Shown here: positions 9,115 to 17,364 of the stretch, piece after piece
How the letters are laid out: each line of letters starts with the position of its first letter
Position numbering within the stretch: position 1 is the stretch's first letter
DNA from: Acidobacteriota bacterium
GTDB taxonomy: Bacteria; Acidobacteriota; UBA6911; RPQK01; JAJDTT01
Assembly (NCBI GenBank): GCA_965209055.1
Contig: OZ242374.1
Location: 2,176,001 to 2,240,000 of the forward strand
Direction of reading: 5' to 3'
DNA: 64,000 bases
Position numbers and translations under genes: made by a program
Notes under the pieces: model-generated
The model's database searches: none
Told to the model about the DNA's origin: nothing
The model's input: only the letters and a program-made list of their open reading frames with translations

Positions 9115-10646
9115 CCTCGCGTCCGGCACGGGGCTGGTTGTTGGCCGCCGGCCTGCTCTTCTGCGGGCTGTTTTCGACGGGCTTCCCGGTTCCCTCCGAA
9201 GTGCGGGAAGTGGGAAGCGAGCTCCAGCCCCTCTGGGACGACTGGCTGATCGAAAGCCTGGAGAACGTCCGGCATGTTCTTCACCGGCCGGAGCCGCGGG
9301 AGGTCGTTCTGCGGCGCGACCGTCCCTGGGAGGACCACGCCATCTACAACCCGGTGGTCATCAAGGACGGATACCGGTACCGGATGTGGTATCGGGCCCG
9401 GGCGGTGGAGAAACCGATCCTGACCGCCTACGCCGAGAGTCTGGACGGGATCCATTGGGTGAAGCCCAAGCTGGGCCTCATCGAGCACGACGGGTCGAAG
9501 GAGAACAACCTCGTCTGGCCGGTGCCCGGGGGCATCGGCCGGTCCGTCTCCGTCGTCAAGGACGGAAACCCCGAGGCGGACCCTCAGGAGCGCTACAAGG
9601 CCATCACCAACCAGGGGACCAAGCTGCCTTCGGGCCGGGAGATCGCCCTGCTCTACGGCCTGGTCTCCCCCGACGGCCTGCGCTGGCGCATGGTCCGGCA
9701 GGGACCCATCGTCGTGCCGCCGCTGGGAGACGGAGCCTTCGATTCCCACAACATCATCCTGTGGGACGAAGCCCGGGGGTGCTATTCCATCTACGCACGG
9801 GGCTGGTACCGCCGCGGAAGCAGGCCGCTGGACGGAAAGACGGTGGGCAGGGGACCCTACCATGTCCTGATTGGGCGCCCCTCGGGATTGGTCGAGAAAA
9901 TCAGCCGGATCCGGGACATCCGCCGTTTCACTTCAAAGGACTTCCGGGACTGGTCCGAGCCCGAGTACATCGGTCTCGGCGAGACGCCCCTGGAGCACCT
10001 CTACAAGAACTCGGCCGTGCCCTACTATCGGCGTCCCGACCTGATCCTCATGTTCCCGAAACGGTATCACCCCACCCGGAAGTTTCACGCCGACTGGCCG
10101 GCGCCCGGACAGTCGGAGGTGGTTTTCATGTTCAGCCGGGACGGCGTGAATTTCGACCGGCGCTTCATGGAGGCGTTCCTCCGGCCCGGCCCGAACCCCT
10201 TGAACTGGCATGAACGGGCCATCCAGGTGGGCCCGACGCTGGTCCCCACGGCACCGGGCGAGATGTCCCTGTACTACGCCGAGCAGGGCAAGACGGACCA
10301 GGTCCGGATCCGCCGCGCGGTGCTTCGTGAGGATGGATTCGTGTCCCTTCGCGCTCCCTACCCGGGAGGCGCCGTTCGAACCCGGCCCCTCGCGTTCTCC
10401 GGGTCGAGGCTGTTCCTCAACTACTCGACCTCCGCAGCCGGAAGCATCCGGGTGGAGATCCAGGATGAGGCGGGCAATCCGTTCCCGGGCTACGCCTTTG
10501 AGGATTGCCCGGAGATCTACGGGGATGAGATCGAAGGGGAGGTGAAGTGGCGGGATGGAGCCGGAGTGGAGAAACTCGCGGGCCGAACCGTCCGCCTCAA
10601 GATCTCCATGAGAGACGCTGACCTCTACTCCCTGCGTTTCCGGTAG
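9111..10646 (+). CDS. Secreted GH32/43-like beta-propeller protein (paralogue 3); its 3' end is the insertion target
   Basis: ATG 9111 overlaps the upstream TGA (ATGA); signal peptide; YAESLDGIHW, FDSHN, DGFVS, DADLYSLRFR. Its TAG stop is part of a GTAG REP start. Confidence 0.85.
   Translation: MTSRPARGWLLAAGLLFCGLFSTGFPVPSEVREVGSELQPLWDDWLIESLENVRHVLHRPEPREVVLRRDRPWEDHAIYNPVVIKDGYRYRMWYRARAVEKPILTAYAESLDGIHWVKPKLGLIEHDGSKENNLVWPVPGGIGRSVSVVKDGNPEADPQERYKAITNQGTKLPSGREIALLYGLVSPDGLRWRMVRQGPIVVPPLGDGAFDSHNIILWDEARGCYSIYARGWYRRGSRPLDGKTVGRGPYHVLIGRPSGLVEKISRIRDIRRFTSKDFRDWSEPEYIGLGETPLEHLYKNSAVPYYRRPDLILMFPKRYHPTRKFHADWPAPGQSEVVFMFSRDGVNFDRRFMEAFLRPGPNPLNWHERAIQVGPTLVPTAPGEMSLYYAEQGKTDQVRIRRAVLREDGFVSLRAPYPGGAVRTRPLAFSGSRLFLNYSTSAAGSIRVEIQDEAGNPFPGYAFEDCPEIYGDEIEGEVKWRDGAGVEKLAGRTVRLKISMRDADLYSLRFR
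10596..10646 (+). repeat. Left copy of a 51-bp imperfect direct repeat (3' end of paralogue 3)
   Basis: CTCAAGATCTCCATGAGAGACGCTGACCTCTACTCCCTGCGTTTCCGGTAG is 44/51 identical to 24783-24833. Confidence 0.9.
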
Positions 10647-10711
10647 GAGGGGGGACATTCTTGTCCCCCGTTCCTCATCACTCAAGGAGCGGGGGATTTC
10701 CTATCCCGACT
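10643..10711 (+). repeat. Pair of REP-like palindromes (GTAG-initiated); the second is interrupted by the island
   Basis: GTAGGAGGGGGGACATTCTTGTCCCCCG hairpin followed by GGAGCGGGGGATTTCCTA. Confidence 0.7.
10687..10711 (+). mobile_element. Putative attL (core GGATTTCCTA at 10694-10703)
   Basis: GAGCGGGGGATTTCCTATCCCGACT is 21/25 identical to 23869-23893, which lies just downstream of the integrase. Confidence 0.7.
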
Positions 10712-10815
10712 GTTCCACAGTCAACAACTACCAAAGGTTAATTTTTTCAATGGATTACCGGGTTCTTCGCCGAATCGGTAAAGTGGTTGACTCCCAACGT
10801 TCGACGTTCTGAACA

Positions 10816-10830
10816 GGCAACAAACAGGCA
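10816..10830 (+). repeat. Putative integrase arm-type binding site (left)
   Basis: GGCAACAAACAGGCA is identical to 23766-23780. Each copy lies about 100 bp inside a core site. Confidence 0.7.
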
Positions 10831-11173
10831 GCAGGATTCGGCTCGTCAAAGCCGCGACATCCTTCTTCGTTCCGATCAGCCCTACCGGACAGAACCGCTT
10901 AATATACTTTATACAGATCTAATCCAATCCCAGAGCGTCGCCCGCTTTCTCCCGCCAACGATCCGGCGACATCTCATCCGCCCGCCACGCTTGGAGGCGA
11001 CCTGTTCCAACCGGGGCTTTGTTTCCTGAAGACAGCGCCGGTAGAAGTCCTCGACCCTCACTAGCCGGGACTCGTTCTTCCTCTTCATGCTCCCGGTCGG
11101 TCTGTTGGAACTCCCCGCTGCCGTCCAGTTTGCTGGACTTGTGTGCAATGGCGGGCGCGATCATCCTTGGGGA

Positions 11174-11548
11174 TCATCTCGAGCATGCGTTATAGACTCT
11201 ACTCAATTCTTCGCTCCAACACCTGAGCTCATCGTCCGCATCGCGGCCCAGCAATCGGGCTAACGTGAAAAAGCCGGGTCCGGGTCTCCCATCGCGCTTG
11301 TTCACGACCACGGCGGAGAGCATCCCTCGGCCTGCTTCATTCTCTTCAGTCGAGATATCCTCGATCATCTGTGCCAAGCGAGGGTCATGGGGCTCGAGAG
11401 TGCAACTCTTAATCTTTTTGTATGCGAGGTCTGAATAAGTAATCACCCTGGCAGCCTGAGCCACAGCAATCATGGCTTCGCGAGCTTCTTTCTTCGCCGC
11501 GTTCCAGGCGATTTCAGTAAATCCATGATTGAAGGTTTCACGCTTCAT
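11174..11548 (-). CDS. Hypothetical 124-aa protein, possibly winged-helix
   Basis: ATG 11548 with AGGGAG RBS; ITYSDLA..GRGMLSAVVV..GRPGPGFF pattern, which I recall from small conserved hypothetical proteins. Confidence 0.7.
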   Translation of the reverse strand: MKRETFNHGFTEIAWNAAKKEAREAMIAVAQAARVITYSDLAYKKIKSCTLEPHDPRLAQMIEDISTEENEAGRGMLSAVVVNKRDGRPGPGFFTLARLLGRDADDELRCWSEELSRVYNACSR

Positions 11549-11880
11549 GTGCTTCTCCCTTCTGGCAGATCGGACGACTGTCTCGGGGCAGCGTCCATTG
11601 ACGGCCCCTTTCTCTTGATACCCTCCCCCCCGATGAGCGTTTACGGTAACGGACTGAACCGGCAATAATTCGCGGCCCCCGCCCCGGCTTGCAGGATGCC
11701 CGTAGCGCTTCCGGATCTGGCACGCCAGTGCCAAGAGTCGGGCCAATTCGCCGGTCCCGGACCGACTTCGCCCGCTCCCGAGAAACGAGACGCTCTCAGG
11801 AATCCTGTGTTGGCTTAGCGCGTCCGGACTGCGGAGTCCGCAGCACTGGGAACGCTGTGGGACGGTCACTGAAACCGTCT

Positions 11881-11997
11881 GGCGCCGGAGGGACCGTAGA
11901 TTACCCCCAAGCTGCCAACGTGACTTTCAAGCGAGGAAGGCGAATAAGACCCAAGTTGTCGAAGAAGCAGAATCACCTACCAATGAAGCCTGACTGA
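11881..11997 (+). pseudogene. 3' remnant of a probable DNA methyltransferase/restriction gene
   Basis: TVDYPQAANVTFKRGRR resembles the (I/V)DYP..NVTFK(K/R)A tail of MTase-Mrr fusion proteins as I recall it; no matching upstream coding region. Confidence 0.35.
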
Positions 11998-12081
11998 ACC
12001 GCCTCCACCTAATGCTTGGTTGTCAGCTTGACTTCGTAGGTTGTGTTCCGCTCCAAGTCTGCAAATCAGCATATGGCCTAA

Positions 12082-12318
12082 CTAACCGACACGGACTTCT
12101 TCGTTGTCCAAATGTGATTGCACAATCGCCCCATTATGATCAGCCACGGCCTTTTCTACGAGCGACCTAAAGTTCATTGCGTCGTTTGGATTGTCGAAGC
12201 TTACTCTGCATGAATAACGGTAATCTACCTTTGTTACCGTCTCTGTCTGGCTTAGCTTTGCCTTCCCAAGCCCCGGTATGCCCAATTCGATCTCGGATTT
12301 TTTTTCTTTGAGGCTCAC
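12082..12318 (-). CDS. Hypothetical 78-aa protein
   Basis: Low-GC ORF 6 bp downstream of 12325..13098; protein-like composition. Confidence 0.55.
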   Translation of the reverse strand: MSLKEKKSEIELGIPGLGKAKLSQTETVTKVDYRYSCRVSFDNPNDAMNFRSLVEKAVADHNGAIVQSHLDNEEVRVG

Positions 12319-12324
12319 GGCAAC

Positions 12325-13098
12325 TCACCCGAGTCTTTCGACCGCTTTTTGGCCTTCGTTTCCAGTGTGTACTACATGGAACAACACACCCGGTGGATGT
12401 TGCACAATGACGCCAAGAGGGGTTTCCGAAAAAAAAGCGGAGGCCATGTCTTTTTCATACTTGAGACGCGCCCCTTTAAACATCTCGGAAGTGGTCGGGC
12501 TTGGCAGTCTTCGTATCGCTTCAGATAGCTCATTGCTTCGCCCAGTAATTTCCCCAACGATGTCGTAGTTGTTCGCGGCGAACATAAACGGAATAGGCTT
12601 CATCGAAGATTGAAAACCATAGCTTCTTGGGCTGTTTTTGATATGCCAGCGAGTTTGGATGCGATCAGTATCCGTTTGCCATCCGACGTAAATGTGTGTA
12701 GAGCAGAAGTGGGTATTATGATGATGGAACGTGAGGACCGTCGACTCTGTAAGCCCTTGGTCGTCGCCCTTTCCTTCGATCGAATGTTGATGGGGAGAGA
12801 AATTCTGATAGAACCAAGATGATCCGCCTGACGCGCCGATTCCACCGACGATATCCAACAAGGCATCTTCCACATTATCTGCTGGACCTACGACGGGCGT
12901 ACCCTTCGGGACACGTTCCTGCAAGATAGCCCTTCTTTCATTCACCAACGCGATAAGCCCATTTTCCGTCCTCCCACCTATCGCCAAGGTGACTCGTTTA
13001 CTGAACGGGCGTTCCCCTACGTCCACGACAGACGGCACATCAGGCTGCTTCGATGAGAACCGTATGCTAGCCAAGGTTTTTCTCCTTTCTTGGCACAA
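12325..13098 (-). CDS. Hypothetical ~250-aa protein
   Basis: Long ORF in low-GC DNA, so unlikely to be a shadow ORF; no recognised motif; start uncertain. Confidence 0.6.
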   Translation of the reverse strand: MCQERRKTLASIRFSSKQPDVPSVVDVGERPFSKRVTLAIGGRTENGLIALVNERRAILQERVPKGTPVVGPADNVEDALLDIVGGIGASGGSSWFYQNFSPHQHSIEGKGDDQGLTESTVLTFHHHNTHFCSTHIYVGWQTDTDRIQTRWHIKNSPRSYGFQSSMKPIPFMFAANNYDIVGEITGRSNELSEAIRRLPSPTTSEMFKGARLKYEKDMASAFFSETPLGVIVQHPPGVLFHVVHTGNEGQKAVERLG

Positions 13099-14411
13099 GC
13101 AAGGTGCAGTGTAGTCCCTCCAGTCAGCCCGTGGAGGTCCCCAGATCGATCATGTTCCCCATTCTATCATTGGGGGTGCAGCGCTTGGGGCAGTTTATCC
13201 TAGCGGATCGTAGCGTCCGTGGTCTCCACGGGCCCTTCCCTAGGGATCAATGAGAAGTGAGCGACTCCAAACAGGGAAAATAGTATATCAGCCCAGCCCG
13301 ATGGGGAAGTGCTGTGGGTGCCGCCGTCCCTCAGTGGAGCGCTACCCCCTCATGTCCTATGCTGGTCTGGTTCCCGTACAGGTGTTGGCGGCCATGTGAA
13401 AGTACAGGAAAAGTGGCCGTCGAAAATGCCAAGCCTCAAGAGTGTGACAGATTGATGGCTGGACCGCAGGATTTGCGTGTCCGGGAGGGAGGCCGGCGGG
13501 GTCCATTGGCAACCGTTGACAAAAGTAGAAGAGCACTCCATCGGGATGCCCATCAGCGACTCTACGACTTGGGGGTCGACCAAGTCGTCGGGATCGAGGG
13601 ACAAGGAAGTTCCGCCGTATCGATCCGGGAGTTGAAGGACTACTCCGTCTGCTGGCATCCAACCCCAGCGCTCCCTTCGTTTCTGTGGGAATGTGTCCAT
13701 GAGTTTCGAGCAAGCGGATCCGCAAGGACGGGCAACACCAATTCCTATTGAGGACAAGGGGTCCCAGGGAAGGTTTCCCCGGCAAGAGCTTTCATAGAGG
13801 GAAAGCAGGCCTCGCCCCATTCTCTCCCGTCACGGGCCAGGAGCACAAAAAGTATCTCTTGTATTTCATATCGTAATTGTAGGGAAACGTACGGCTTGTG
13901 AGACGTCCCCGGAGACCCGCGGGTCTCCAGGGCGTGGCTGGCCGGCCGCGAGGACCGGGCGCTGGAGCAACCCGAAACGGTCCGGCGCCACTGGGTCAGG
14001 GCCTCCGGCCCCAAGGTTGGCACACGGGATCGTTCGACGGCCAGAGAGTCCGCCAGGATCAAACGCGCCGTACTCATGGCAAACACGGCCGTCGTCAATT
14101 CCTACGGCGGCGTGCCGCCCGCGTTGAAACGGGCCATTGTTGTTGGGGAACCGTTGGCCAAGGGCTGTTCCTTCGGAGTCGTGATTGACGGCGACTCGAC
14201 TTGGCGGTCGATACGATTGCTGGGGACTCATTTCGGAGGGGCACAAAAGGACTTTCGCGCCCGATCCGGGATGTGAATGGGACATAGGGGGTGGATTCAC
14301 AAAAAGCGGTCCCGGTGACTCACAAATGCACTCTCCCCGATCTTGTTTCCTTTCAGTCAGTTACGGCCCAATTTCCGGCCGCCGGGTGGCCGCACGAGGA
14401 AAATGGAGGTG

Positions 14412-14509
14412 GACGGGAGCGACCCCCCCTTTTTGTTGCCCGGTGCGGGCGCGGGGGTGTTGCGCAATTCACATTTGCGCAGCACCCCCTGGGGGGGGTC
14501 GCTCCCGTC
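14412..14509. repeat. Nested inverted repeats forming a branched hairpin
   Basis: Perfect 18-bp arms 14412-14429/14492-14509, inner 15-bp arms 14453-14467/14475-14489 (one G-T), and a mini-stem at 14438-14450. Confidence 0.85.
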
Positions 14510-14817
14510 TCAATTATCCCTGCCGGGAAGGCTCCAATAAGGCTGGCTCTGGCAACCCGTGTAGTCAATCCTCTATGGGCCACCGCAGGCCACCGGTCTT
14601 GCTGATCCGGGGTGGAAAGTGGATCTGGTTGAACGCTCGATCTGGAATGGGAACCAGGACTTCGTTGAAGCGCTGGAGCAGAATGCCGATAGACAAATGA
14701 GATTAGCTGACCTTGGCGATCGGTGACGAATTGGGAAAGGTCCAAGTGGTACTCCGCCTTGCTCCGGTGAGCCGAATTGGCCAAGATTGACGTTTGACAT
14801 CAACTGTTACGAGTCGC

Positions 14818-15002
14818 TTGCGGGTGCTAAGCGCGAAAGACGCGAAGTACGGCTTCGGCCGACTCATCGACCTCGCCCGCGCAGCGCCCGTCACAGTGAC
14901 CAAGCACGGGCGGTTGTCGTAGTGCTCTCGGTCTAGGAATATGAGCGGCTGAAGGCGCTCAACACACCTGAGACGCGCCCGGGAACGGTGGAACGGGAAT
15001 GA
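14818..15002 (+). pseudogene. Phd/YefM-family antitoxin pseudogene
   Basis: (L)RVLSAKDAKYGFGRLIDLARAAPVTVTKHGR, then a frameshift to VVVLSV*EYERLKAL with an in-frame TAG. Confidence 0.8.
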
Positions 15003-15033
15003 CGTGGGACAGAACCGGAGGCCGCTGAACCGG

Positions 15034-17361
15034 ATGGACAAGCGAGACCTCTCAGAACGCGACATCTGCATGAAGTTCATCACGCCCGCCCTGCGCAATG
15101 CCGGGTGGGACGAGATGTCTCAGATTCGCGAGGAGGTGAGCTTCACCAAGGGCCGCATCATCGTGCGGGGCAAGCTGGTCGCACGCGGCAAGGGTAAACG
15201 CGCCGACTACATCCTTTACTTCAAGCCAAACATCCCGATCGCGGTGATCGAGGCGAAGGACAATTCCCACAGCGTCGGCGACGGCATGCAGCAGGCTCTG
15301 GATTACGCTGAGATCCTGAACGTTCCCTTCGCGTTCTCTTCGAACGGCGACGGCTTCGTGTTCCACGACCGTACGGGGGCCAGTACACCGCTTGAGTCGA
15401 ACCTTTCTCTCGAAGACTTTCCGTCACCCACCGACCTGTGGGCGCGCTATCGGGTCTGGAAGAGCCTGACGCCGGAAGCCGAGGAGATCGTCCTTCAAGA
15501 CTATTTCGAGGACGGCAGCGGCAAGACGCCGCGCTATTACCAGGTTAACGCCATCAACGCGACAATCGAGGCCATCGCCAAGGGGCAGGACCGTATCCTG
15601 CTCGTCATGGCCACGGGTACGGGCAAGACGTACACTGCCTTCCAGATCATCTGGAGGCTGTGGAAGGCGCGCCGCAAGAGACGCATCCTGTTCCTCGCCG
15701 ACCGCAACGTGCTCGTCGACCAGACGATGACGAACGATTTCCGCCCGTTCGGCGGCACGATGACCAAGCTCTCGCGCCGCATCGACCCCGCCTACGAGGT
15801 CTATCTCGGCCTCTATCAGGCAATCACCGGACCGGAGGAACGCCAGAAGACGTACCGAAAGTTCTCGCCGGAGTTCTTCGATCTGATCGTGATCGACGAA
15901 TGTCACCGGGGCAGTGCCGCCGCCGATTCGGCATGGCGCGAGATCCTCGAGTACTTCTCCTCCGCAACCCAGATCGGCCTGACCGCCACGCCGAAGGAGA
16001 CGAAGTACGTCTCCAACATCGCCTATTTCGGGAAGCCGGTTTACTCCTACTCCTTGAAACAGGGCATCCAAGACGGTTTCCTCGCGCCCTACAAAGTGGT
16101 CAAGATCCATATCGATCGCGACATCGAAGGCTACCGCCCAGAGAAGGGCAAGCTCGACCGCGACGGCGCGAAAATCGAGGACCGCATCTACAACCTTACG
16201 GACTTCGACCGGACGCTGGTCATCGACGAACGAACAACAGTCGTCGCGCATAAGGTCACGACTTTCCTGAAGGAGAGTGGCGACCGCTTCCAGAAAGCGA
16301 TCATCTTTTGCGTCGATCAGGAACACGCCGCGCGGATGCGCCAGGCACTGATCAACGAGAACGCGGATCTCGTCGAGGGCAACTCACGTTACGTCATGCG
16401 GATCACCGGTGGCGATGCTGCGGGACAGGCCGAGCTCGGGAACTTCATCGACCCGGAATCGAGATATCCTGTTCTGGTCACCACGTCGCGCCTGCTATCC
16501 ACCGGCGTCGATGTCCAGACTTGCCGGTTGATCGTTCTCGACCGAAAGGTGGGGTCGATGACCGAGTTCAAGCAGATCGTCGGACGCGGTACCCGCGTTC
16601 ACGAAGACACAGGAAAGTTCTACTTCACGCTTATCGACTTTCGGGGGGCCACCGATCATTTCGCCGACCCGGATTTCGACGGCGAGCCGGCCCAGATCTA
16701 CAGGCCGGAAGAAGGCGGTCCGATCGTGCCACCCGATGGGCCGGATACTGGCGGCGACGGGAACGGCGAGGTGGATACACCGCTGCCTGGACCACAGAAG
16801 AAAGTCTATGTCGATGGTGTTGAAGTGGCCATCGTCGCCGCCCGGGTGCAATACCTCGACGGGCACGGCAAGCTGGTTACGGAGTCGTTACGTGATTTCA
16901 CGAGGAAAGCCCTGCGCCGGCGCTTCGCGAGCCTTGACGACTTCCTGAACCGTTGGAACGCCGCAGAGCGCAAGCAGGCGATCATTGATGAAATGGAGGC
17001 CGAGGGCCTGCCGCTGACCGTGATCGCCCAAGAGCTGGACAAGGATCTCGACCCCTTCGATCTCGTCTGTCACATCGCCTTCGACGCCAAACCGCTGACC
17101 CGCCGCGAGCGAGCCGAGAACGTCAAGAAGCGGGATGTGATTACGAAATACGGAGGTCAGGCTCGCGCTGTGCTGGACGCGTTGCTCGACAAGTACTCTG
17201 ACGAGGCTATGCTAAATCTGGACGACGCCAACGTGCTGAAGATCCCGCCCCTCGATAGCCTCGGAACGCCGGTCGAACTGGTCCGCGCCTTCGGCGGGAA
17301 GCCCGGTTTTCAGCAGGCCGTGCATGATCTTCAGTCCGCTCTCTACCGGGAGATCGCCTGA
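15034..17361 (+). CDS. hsdR: Type I restriction enzyme R subunit (EcoAI-like)
   Basis: MDKRDLSERDIC N-terminus, ADY..VIEAK nuclease motif, MATGTGKT, DECHR, TATP, QIVGRGTR helicase motifs, EcoEI-type C-terminus. Confidence 0.97.
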   Translation: MDKRDLSERDICMKFITPALRNAGWDEMSQIREEVSFTKGRIIVRGKLVARGKGKRADYILYFKPNIPIAVIEAKDNSHSVGDGMQQALDYAEILNVPFAFSSNGDGFVFHDRTGASTPLESNLSLEDFPSPTDLWARYRVWKSLTPEAEEIVLQDYFEDGSGKTPRYYQVNAINATIEAIAKGQDRILLVMATGTGKTYTAFQIIWRLWKARRKRRILFLADRNVLVDQTMTNDFRPFGGTMTKLSRRIDPAYEVYLGLYQAITGPEERQKTYRKFSPEFFDLIVIDECHRGSAAADSAWREILEYFSSATQIGLTATPKETKYVSNIAYFGKPVYSYSLKQGIQDGFLAPYKVVKIHIDRDIEGYRPEKGKLDRDGAKIEDRIYNLTDFDRTLVIDERTTVVAHKVTTFLKESGDRFQKAIIFCVDQEHAARMRQALINENADLVEGNSRYVMRITGGDAAGQAELGNFIDPESRYPVLVTTSRLLSTGVDVQTCRLIVLDRKVGSMTEFKQIVGRGTRVHEDTGKFYFTLIDFRGATDHFADPDFDGEPAQIYRPEEGGPIVPPDGPDTGGDGNGEVDTPLPGPQKKVYVDGVEVAIVAARVQYLDGHGKLVTESLRDFTRKALRRRFASLDDFLNRWNAAERKQAIIDEMEAEGLPLTVIAQELDKDLDPFDLVCHIAFDAKPLTRRERAENVKKRDVITKYGGQARAVLDALLDKYSDEAMLNLDDANVLKIPPLDSLGTPVELVRAFGGKPGFQQAVHDLQSALYREIA

Positions 17362-17364
17362 GAG

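Noticed and set aside
3490-9863. Long antisense ORFs (3490..6066, 6097..7266, 7300..9072 and many similar across the window)
   Set aside because: They are shadows of motif-bearing genes on the opposite strand, which is typical of high-GC DNA.
14412-14509. Retron msr/msd or DGR element
   Set aside because: No reverse transcriptase in the window and no TR/VR pair with adenine-specific differences.
13100-14800. Short overlapping ORFs on both strands
   Set aside because: No motifs, RBS or consistent coding bias; probably non-coding or decayed DNA.
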